NCBI RefSeq assembly: GCF_006345805.1
Contig: NW_021829266.1
Location: 1 to 6,638, forward strand
From: Octopus sinensis
Taxonomy: Eukaryota
DNA length: 6,638 nucleotides
Direction: 5' to 3'
Each line of letters begins with the position of its first letter. The stretch's first letter is position 1. Below the pieces are notes generated by a model that had not been told where the DNA came from, did no database searches, and worked only from the letters and a program-made list of their open reading frames with translations. The position numbers were made by a program, and so were the translations under genes. This document shows positions 1 to 6,439 of the stretch, piece by piece.

Positions 1-104
1 AAAGAAATGAAATGATGAAACTATTTTTTCGAGTTCTGCAAAAGCAACGTTTTGGACTTACGGACACTTTTCCATAATAGCAACAATATATGTGTGTGTG
101 CATA

Positions 105-262
105 TGACCTTCGATACGTGGAGTAGATGAAATTAAGGCGACTGAAGAAGGGGAATTTTCCTTGTTTTGTATGTCCTGTACTCTATTTTTTCGTTGTTTA
201 AAAAAAAATGTCCATTTCCTTGGTTTTGTTCGACGTTTTTTTTTTGGTATCCTGTAGCCATA
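105..262 (+). repeat. Probable interspersed-repeat fragment (T-rich 3'-tail-like segment)
   Basis: Non-microsatellite segment between two microsatellites. It contains CGACTGAAGAA (139-149), similar to CGACTGAGGAA at 2031-2041, followed by a T-rich tract as at 2064-2118. Family not verifiable here. Confidence 0.3.
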
Positions 263-269
263 CATGCAT

Positions 270-432
270 GTATATATACATGTAGAGGTTGGTACGTACA
301 TATATGTATGTATATATGCATGTTTTATTTATTTATTAATTTATATATATATATATATATATACAGACACACACATCATCAGACATACATATGTGATATA
401 TGTACATGTGTATGTCTGTATATATTTGTAGG
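270..432. repeat. Compound (TA)n/(TATG)n/(CA)n microsatellite
   Basis: Visible alternating purine-pyrimidine repeats, including a pure TA run at about 342-363. Confidence 0.9.
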
Positions 433-500
433 TAGATAGAGCAGGGTGCCTAGATGTGCACGCCTGTTTGTATACAATATAGCAGGTTTGCATAATAATA

Positions 501-760
501 ATATATAAGTAAATGCGCCCATTTAAAGCCTAGCCAGGCTCATGGGCCCGGTTTCCTGGTTTCAATGGCTTATGTGTTACCCAGCAGGACGGGACGCCAG
601 TCCATCGCAGCGTTACTCATTTTTGCCAGCTGAGTGGACTGGAGCAACGTGAAATCAAGTGTTTTGCTCAAGAACATAATGCGTCTCCCGGTCCAGGAAT
701 CGAAACCACAATTTTACAATCATGATGCTGACACCTAAACCACTAATCCACGCGTCTCCA
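501..760 (-). mobile_element. tRNA-derived SINE, family C (CORE-like central domain), with target-site duplication
   Basis: Minus-strand A-box-like TGGATTAGTGG (740-750) and B-box-like GGTTTCGATTCC (696-707). The central TTGAGCAAAACACTT...CAGCTGGCAAAAATGAGTA resembles the CORE-SINE motif as I recall it. Flanking direct repeats CAGGTTTGCATAATAATA (483-500) and CAGGCTTGCATCATAATA (761-778) match at 16/18. Confidence 0.85.
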
Positions 761-883
761 CAGGCTTGCATCATAATATTTACTTATTATTTGTACGCAT
801 ATTATATATTAAAGAGAAATTCATGTATGCGTGTACTCTCTTGTGCATTGGGTGCTGTATATGTCTACTCGTGGGTATATACG

Positions 884-1045
884 TGTCTGTCTGAGTGAGT
901 ACGTATATATGTGTCTGTATGTATGTATGTATTTACGTACATACATATGTATGCATGTATCTATGTACATTCATATGTACGCAATACGCGCGCGCGCACG
1001 CGCGTGTGTGGTGTGTGTGTGTGATTGTGTTTGTGGCCATATATG
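884..1045. repeat. Compound (TATG)n/(CG)n/(TG)n microsatellite
   Basis: TATG repeats at about 916-960, a CG-rich run at about 987-1004, then TG repeats. Confidence 0.9.
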
Positions 1046-1153
1046 TAATGCAATAATTATGAATATTTTTCCCAAGCTTGTCCTTTCTGAAATGTCATTA
1101 TAAATATATTAATATTCTTCATTGAGAGATGGTGACATCTGTTTCTGTTTTAG

Positions 1154-1177
1154 AGGATGGGACGTGGAATGAAAAGG
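1154..1177 (+). CDS. Candidate 24-nt microexon (unverified)
   Basis: Acceptor ATCTGTTTCTGTTTTAG ends at 1153 and donor AGG|GTGAGT begins at 1178. Length is a multiple of 3 and two frames are open: RMGRGMKR and xDGTWNEK. No transcript or homology evidence. Confidence 0.3.
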
Positions 1178-1309
1178 GTGAGTGAATATTAAAATCTGTT
1201 ACCTTGAACTAGATATGTCGTGTGGTTCGTTTGTTTTTTTAGTAGATAGGGTGGGGAAGAATGAAGCTGGAATTGGTACTTGCCACTCCAAAAATATACT
1301 ACCTCCCAC

Positions 1310-1356
1310 AATAAATTAATTTATTATAATTAATTATAATTATAATTGCAATTATA
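1310..1356. repeat. Three abutting perfect AT-rich palindromes
   Basis: AATAAATTAATTTATT (1310-1325), ATTATAATTAATTATAAT (1323-1340), TATAATTGCAATTATA (1341-1356). Confidence 0.8.
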
Positions 1357-1666
1357 GAACAAAAGGACAGTTATATATACCCAGTATATGTATCTTTATG
1401 TTTCAATGATAGTCACACTTTGGAATCCAACGGGAAAGTTTTATAAGTGTTGCTCAAAGCCGAATCATATGTGGGAGGTGCCTAATGGCTCTTATTTTCA
1501 TAATTCACCTAGGAATTGTGGACTACCATCATGCTTGGCTGGTTGGTTGGTATAAATACACAGATATGTACGCACAAAACTCACTAGCAAAACAAAATTC
1601 ATGTGTTTTATGAGTAAAGTAGGTATTAGTCATGAAGAGTATTAGGAAATATATTATCAATAGTTA

Positions 1667-1741
1667 AGGCATGACTGTGCGTGGTAAGAAGCTTGCTTTT
1701 CAACCACATTGTTCCAGGTTCAGTCCCACCGCATGGCACCT
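1667..1741 (+). mobile_element. Isolated tRNA-like head of family A SINE (3'-truncated)
   Basis: GTGGTAAGAAGCTTGCTTTTCAACCACATTGTTCCAGGTTCAGTCCCACCGCATGGCACCT aligns with the reverse complement of 3309-3387. B-box-like GGTTCAGTCCC is present. Confidence 0.85.
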
Positions 1742-2118
1742 ATCTCTATTGATCCCTGTGCTTGTCAAGTCTTATGTCCCTGCCGTAAGGCTTTACTTCG
1801 ACACGAGCCAGCTTAATTTAATTCGTACTTAGTCGAAAGACACTTGTTGTTATGTCCTGTTATTTGTATTTGTGTACCATTTCTCCGTTTTTTTTCGTTT
1901 TTATTTCTGTATACATTTGCTGCTTTCTTCCAAGGAATCTAGTGCTCTTGGCTTAGTTTTTTCTTGGGGCTGGCCAGATTGGAGTAATCTCGACTATAAC
2001 CAGCCGAAATTGCAAAGATAATCTGGAAAACGACTGAGGAAAGAAAACTCCGAAAGACCCGTCCTTATTTTCTTTGTATTGTATCTGTCTGGATGTTTGT
2101 TGTCTCCTTTTTTGCATT
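1742..2118 (+). mobile_element. Probable interspersed-repeat fragment, possibly a Penelope-like terminal region
   Basis: Complex sequence with T-rich tracts and a CTGAGGA...CCGAAAG motif (2034-2056), ending in a (TA)n run. Assignment to Penelope-like elements is inference from the motif only. Confidence 0.4.
2026..2072 (+). ncRNA. Degenerate hammerhead-like motif
   Basis: CTGAGGA (2034-2040), GAAA (2052-2055), GAC/GTC stem (2056-2058/2061-2063). GAAAACGA (2026-2033) pairs with TTATTTTC (2065-2072) at 7/8 positions. Stem II is poor and U16.1 is absent in this register. Confidence 0.3.
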
Positions 2119-2119
2119 T

Positions 2120-2235
2120 TATTATATATATATATAATATATAAATTATATATATATCTATATATGTATATATGTATATATATATAGATACAAATATTAT
2201 ATACAATAACCTATACCTATGTATGTACGAATATA
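2120..2235. repeat. (TA)n-rich microsatellite
   Basis: Interrupted TA repeats. Confidence 0.9.
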
Positions 2236-2651
2236 TGTGCTTGCCTTTGTGTTTGAGTTTGTCGTCCCTGCAACCGAAGTAGATATTGTGGACCCTGTAC
2301 AGAGCGGCTCGGACAAATGGCTTATAAAATAAATACTGCTCTTTAAAATTCTGTTTATTCGTCTCTTCTTCTATTGCTGGCTTTCCATTTGAAAAAACAA
2401 CGGGTAGTTTAATATTATACATTAGCTGTTGTCTCTCCTATATTTTTCGCAGGATGGTAGCTCCGGGGAATATGTGCTAGTGTTGATTTTTCTGATCTAT
2501 GTAATACTGTAGTCGATTAAAAATGGATCAATTATTGAGCAGAGTTAACGTTTCATTTTAATACGCAACACTTGTTTGTCTGAAACGCATATAAGCAAAT
2601 TATGGATAAGTTATGAATTAAAAATCTATAATTCTCCATTCTTCTTTGTGT

Positions 2652-2712
2652 TTTATATATATATATATGTATGCGTGTGTATGTGTGTATGCATAAATGC
2701 GTATATATATAT
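2652..2712. repeat. (TA)n/(TG)n microsatellite
   Basis: Visible dinucleotide repeats. Confidence 0.85.
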
Positions 2713-2865
2713 GTTGGCACCAAATTGTGCTCGACCTCTCGTCAGATAAACTGATGTAGAGTTGGTGACCTTCTGCGTATGAACTGTGTTTGTCCGTGCA
2801 TTTAGTTGTCATGTTTGACTTCTAAGAATATTATTCACGCAACGCAACGCACTCCTTACTTCTCA

Positions 2866-2867
2866 CC

Positions 2868-2899
<32 letters not shown>

Positions 2900-2920
2900 G
2901 TTGTGTGTGTGTACGTATGT
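2866..2920. repeat. (TA)n/(TG)n microsatellite
   Basis: Pure TA run at about 2877-2899, flanked by TG repeats. Confidence 0.9.
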
Positions 2921-3192
2921 ATTCTTTTATTCTTTTATTCTTTTATTTGTTTCAGTCATTTCACTGTGGCCATGTTGGAGCGCCGCCTGTGGTTATATAA
3001 GTAAACCTAGTACTTATTCTATCGGTCTCTCTTGCTAAACCGCTAAGTGACGAGGACGTAAACACACCAGCATCGATTGTCAAGCGATGTTGGGGACAAA
3101 CACAGACACACAAACATATACATACATACATACATACATACATACATACATACATACATACATACATTTATATATATATATATAAATATATA

Positions 3193-3227
<35 letters not shown>

Positions 3228-3387
3228 CGGGTTTCTTTCAATTTCCCTCTACAAATCCACTCACAAGGCTTTGGTCGGCCCGAGGCTATAATAGAAGACA
3301 CTGGCCCAAGGTGCCATGCAGTGGGACTGAACCCAGAACCATGTGGTTGGTAAGCAAGCTACTTACCACACAGCCACTCCTGCACCT
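2921..3387 (-). mobile_element. Full-length tRNA-derived SINE, family A, with internal microsatellite
   Basis: A-box-like TGGCTGTGTGG (3366-3376) and B-box-like GGTTCAGTCCC (3323-3333) on the minus strand. Internal ATAC/AT array at 3116-3225. The 3' tail ends in (ATAAAAGA)x3 (2923-2946). Candidate TSD TGTACGTAT at 2910-2918 and 3391-3399. Homologous to 3899-4112, 4325-4575 and 5971-6282. Confidence 0.9.
3116..3225. repeat. (ATAC)n followed by (AT)n inside SINE A
   Basis: About 11-12 ATAC units, then AT repeats, between the SINE body and tail. Confidence 0.95.
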
Positions 3388-3499
3388 ATTTGTACGTATA
3401 TGTATACATGTTATGAATGCATGAATGTGTATGTATAAGTGTATATATATCGGCGTGTGTATGCATATGTCTCTCAATCTGTGTAAGGCTGTGTGTATG

Positions 3500-3538
3500 T
3501 GAGTCTGACAATGACCGTGGAAACACTAGTGTCATTTA
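3500..3538 (+). ncRNA. Degenerate minimal type I hammerhead-like motif
   Basis: TGAGT-CTGACAA-TGACCGTG-GAA-ACACTAGTGT-C-ATTTA. It has a perfect 10-bp palindromic stem III (3523-3532), a GTC triplet (3531-3533) and a 5-bp stem I with two G-U pairs. Core G8 is A and stem II is weak. Confidence 0.4.
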
Positions 3539-3564
3539 AAACAGCTTTTACGAGTAAACAAATA

Positions 3565-3680
3565 ACGATCAATAAAATAGTACCAGTGTGAAAGATGTGC
3601 CTTAATCGATGAGATCGACTAAAACTATTTTAACATGCTGCACAATTATGGTCGCAGTCAATGAACGAAACTGGCAACAG
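3565..3680 (+). mobile_element. Old, diverged family A-type SINE tail
   Basis: AATAGTACCAG...TCGATGAGATCGACTAAAA...ATGGTCGCAGTCAATGAACGAAAC resembles the reverse complement of the tails at 4330-4405 and 5985-6095. Confidence 0.5.
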
Positions 3681-3825
3681 GTATAACAGGGATGTGTTGT
3701 TAAGGATGTCATTTTTGCAATCTCCTGGTTCTAGGATCGGTTCCATTTCGAGCAGAAGTCGTTCGCTTCAATCTCGTGTTGCTCAATACCTTTTGATTCA
3801 GCCTATACAGAAGCTCATTATATCT

Positions 3826-3900
3826 GTGTTGTGTGTGTGTGGTGTGTGTGTGTGTGTGTGTGTTTGTGTGTGTGAGTGTGTGTGCCTGTGTGTGTGTGTT
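3826..3900. repeat. (TG)n microsatellite
   Basis: About 75 bp of interrupted TG repeats. Confidence 0.95.
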
Positions 3901-4112
3901 TCTTCAGTTATTCGACTGTGGCCGTGCTAGGGCACCGCCTTGACAAAACTTTTAGTCAAACGATTCGACCCGCCAGTATTTGTTTTTAAACCTGACACCT
4001 ACTTCATCGGTCTCTTTAGCTGAACCGTTAAGTTACGGGAACATGAATAAACGCTCACAGATTGTTGAGTGGTGGTAGGGTACAAGCTGAGATAGAAGAT
4101 ACAAACACAAAC
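3899..4112 (-). mobile_element. Diverged family A SINE tail (no head)
   Basis: TTCAGTTATTCGACTGTGGCCGTGCTAGGGCACCGCC...CATCGGTCTCTTTAGCTGAACCGTTAAGTTACGGG aligns with 5985-6130, with more substitutions than the other copies. Confidence 0.8.
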
Positions 4113-4185
4113 GCAATATATATATTATATAAATAAATATAATAATATATATATATATATTATATATATATATATATATATTATC

Positions 4186-4227
<42 letters not shown>

Positions 4228-4310
4228 ATAATTACAGACACACACACGCGCGCGCACCACACACATATATATATACACACACACACATACATACGTGTGT
4301 GGTGTGTGTG
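4113..4310. repeat. Compound (TA)n/(CA)n/(CG)n/(TG)n microsatellite
   Basis: Long interrupted TA array, then CA, a short CG run (about 4247-4255) and TG repeats. Confidence 0.95.
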
Positions 4311-4324
4311 TCCTTTCTTTTTAT

Positions 4325-4575
4325 AATTTTTACTTGTTTCAGTTATTAGACTGCGGCCATGCTGGGGCACCACCTTGAAGAATCTTTAGTCGAATGAATC
4401 GACCCCCATTTTTTTTTTTGTTTGTTAAGCCTCGTATCTATTCTATCGGCTGTCTGTTTACCGAACCGATAACTTACAGGGACGTAAACACAGCAAGACC
4501 GGTTGTCAAACGGTGGGGGCGACAAACAAACACAACACACACACACACACACACATACACACACACACACACACA
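4325..4575 (-). mobile_element. Family A SINE tail plus internal (CA)n; head missing
   Basis: TTTTACTTGTTTCAGTTATTAGACTGCGGCCATGCTGGGGCACCACC...GGGACGTAAACACAGC...GACAAAC aligns with 5983-6180. Confidence 0.85.
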
Positions 4576-4594
4576 AAAAGATATATATATAATA

Positions 4595-5193
4595 TATTTC
4601 TTTATTACCCACAAAGGGTTAAAAATAGAGGGGAGATACAAGGACAGACAGGGATTAAATCGATTACATCGACCCCAGTGCGTAACTGGTACTTAATTTA
4701 TCGACCCCCGAAAGGATGAAAGGCAAAGTTGACCTCGGCGGAATTTGAACTCAGAACGTGACCGCAGACGAAATACCTATTTCTTTACTACCCACAAGGG
4801 GCTAAACACAGAGAGGACAAACAAGGACAGGCAAACGTATTAAGTCGATTACATCAATCCCAGTGCGTAACTGGTACTTATTTAATAGACCCCGAAAGGA
4901 TGAAAGGCAAAGTCGACCTCGGTGGAATTTGAACTCAGAACGTGACCGCAGACGAAATACCTATTTCTTTACTACCCACAAGGGGCTAAACACAGAGAGG
5001 ACAAACAAGGATAGACAAACGGATTAAGTCGATTATATCGACCCCAGTACGTAACTGGTACTTATTTAATCGACCCCGAAAGGATGAAAGGCAAAGTCGA
5101 CCTCGGCGGAATTTGAACTCAGAACGTGACCGCAGACGAAATACCGCTAAGCATTTCGCCCGGCGTGCTAACGTTTCTGCCAGCTCGCCGCCT
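4595..5193 (-). mobile_element. Family B tRNA-derived SINE as a head-to-tail triplet
   Basis: Units 4595-4777, 4778-4961 and 4962-5145 (183-184 bp), plus a unique head at 5146-5193 with A-box-like TGGCAGAAACGT (5171-5182). B-box-like GTTCAAATTCC occurs in every unit (e.g. 5108-5118). Confidence 0.92.
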
Positions 5194-5210
5194 TCTATAT
5201 ATGTATATAT

Positions 5211-5594
5211 GTGGAAGCACTCTTTCAGTTACGACGGTGAGGGTTCCTGTTGATCCGATCAACGGAACAGCCTGCTCGTGAAATTAACGTGTAAGTGGCT
5301 GAGCACTCCACAGACACGTGTACCCTTAACGTAGTTCTCGGGGATATTCAGCGTGACACAGAGAGTGACAAGGCCAGCCCTTTGAAATACAGGTACAACA
5401 GAAACAGAAGTAAGAGTGAGAGAAAGTTGTGGTGAAAGAGTACAGCAGGGATCACCACCATCCCCTGCCGGAGCCTCGTGGAGCTTTTAGGTGTTTTCGC
5501 TCAATAAACACTCACAACGCCCGGTCTGGGAATCGGAACCGCGATCCTACGACCGCGAGTCCGCTGCCCTAACCACTGGACCATTGCACCTCCA
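5211..5594 (-). mobile_element. Full-length tRNA-derived SINE, family D
   Basis: A-box-like TGGTCCAGTGG (5573-5583) and B-box-like GGTTCCGATTCC (5529-5540). Candidate TSD ATGTATATAT at 5201-5210 and 5595-5604 (low complexity, so only moderate support). Confidence 0.88.
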
Positions 5595-5619
5595 ATGTAT
5601 ATATATAATGGGGAAAAAT

Positions 5620-5945
5620 ACCAAATATATAAATAGATGAGTAAAACACCGGCACAGTTCAATTTCTACTTCCTTTTCTCTCTCTTAACAGTTACAGCAG
5701 CGAAGTCACATTACGTCATTTTCTCTAAACTAGAATATCTGTTTCCTCGTTCATATTTGAATATTTTGCGTTTCAAAAATTTTTCTCTGATTTTACTCAT
5801 TCGCGAATTTGATATTCTTCAAGCCGACTCAAGAAATCTCTAGTGAGACATTTTATTGATGTATCCCGAAGAGACCCAAGATGGGGTCGAAACAAGTGCT
5901 GTACCCAATAAAGTCTATTACACATTCCATCTCCTATTTTATTAT
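5620..5945 (+). mobile_element. Possible Penelope-like terminal-repeat remnant
   Basis: T-rich complex sequence ending in a hammerhead-like motif that overlaps an AATAAA (5907-5912). Boundaries are uncertain and the family is inferred. Confidence 0.35.
5846..5916 (+). ncRNA. Type I hammerhead-ribozyme-like motif (one core substitution)
   Basis: CCGAAGA (5866-5872; CUGANGA with U4 as C), perfect stem II GACCC/GGGTC (5873-5877/5884-5888), then GAAAC (5889-5893). Outer stem I: TTTATTG/CAATAAA (5852-5858/5906-5912) plus AGAC/GTCT (5846-5849/5913-5916). Confidence 0.55.
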
Positions 5946-5970
5946 GAGTGTTTGTGTGTGTGTATGTATA

Positions 5971-6282
5971 CTCTCTTTTGCTCTTTTACTTGTTTCAGTC
6001 ATTTGACTGCGGCCATGCTGGAGCACCGCTTTTAGTCGAGCAACTCGACCCCGGGACTTATTCTTTTGTAAGCCCAGTACTTATTCTATCGATCTCTTTT
6101 GCCGAACCGCTAAGTAACGGGGACGTAAGCACACCAGCATCGGTCGTCAAGCAATGCTAGGGGGACAAACACAGACACACAAACACACACACATACATAT
6201 ACATATATACGACGGGCTTCTTTCAGATTCCGTCTACCAAATCCGCTCACAAGGCATTGGTCAGCCCGGGGCTATAGTTGAA
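5971..6282 (-). mobile_element. 5'-truncated family A SINE
   Basis: Tail, short internal CA/TA repeat and body (GACGGGCTTCTTTCAG...GGCTATAG) align with 2921-3296. Homology stops at about 6282, before the tRNA head. Confidence 0.9.
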
Positions 6283-6349
6283 ACCATGCAAAGCACGTTG
6301 TAACCTGCGATGTGGAACAACATCCTGTAATCTGGTCGATATCTGACAT

Positions 6350-6398
6350 ATATGTATGTGCGTGAGAGAGAGAGAGAGAGAGAGAGAAGGAGAGAGAG
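6350..6398. repeat. (GA)n microsatellite
   Basis: GA run at about 6364-6398. Confidence 0.95.
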
Positions 6399-6439
6399 TT
6401 TCGTGTTTTTCTTTTTACATTTTCTTATCTGTTACTAAT

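Noticed and set aside
108-165. Permuted hammerhead-like halves (CCTTCGATACGT ... CTGAAGAAGGGG)
   Set aside because: GATA replaces GAAA, position 17 would be G, stem I does not pair, and no GAAA follows the CTGAAGA. Not a coherent fold in this copy.
2453-2500. Possible 48-nt exon after TTTTTCGCAG (DGSSGEYVLVLIFLIY)
   Set aside because: The acceptor is reasonable but the donor AT|GTAATA is weak, and there is no other support.
2711-2760. Minus-strand CTGACGA core (2739-2745) with a GCAC/GTGC stem
   Set aside because: It is followed by GAGC rather than GAAA, and stem I does not pair.
4595-5145. CRISPR-like or other prokaryotic repeat array
   Set aside because: The units are about 184-bp near-identical copies without unique spacers and carry a Pol III SINE head. 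The context is eukaryotic.
5520-5594. Genuine tRNA genes at SINE heads (also 690-760, 3310-3387, 5100-5193)
   Set aside because: A/B boxes are present, but no complete cloverleaf with an acceptor stem is evident and each head continues into a SINE body.
5661-5700. Strong polypyrimidine tract and CAG acceptor at 5691
   Set aside because: No convincing donor or coding signal downstream. Pyrimidine tracts are common in these T-rich repeats.
133-6160. All ORFs in the supplied six-frame track
   Set aside because: The translations are dominated by YI/CV/HT repeats from microsatellites or run through SINE sequence. No recognisable domain, including no RT or GIY-YIG motifs.
501-6282. SINE orientation bias (7 minus, 2 plus)
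   Set aside because: Two-sided binomial p is about 0.18 for 7 of 9, which is not significant.
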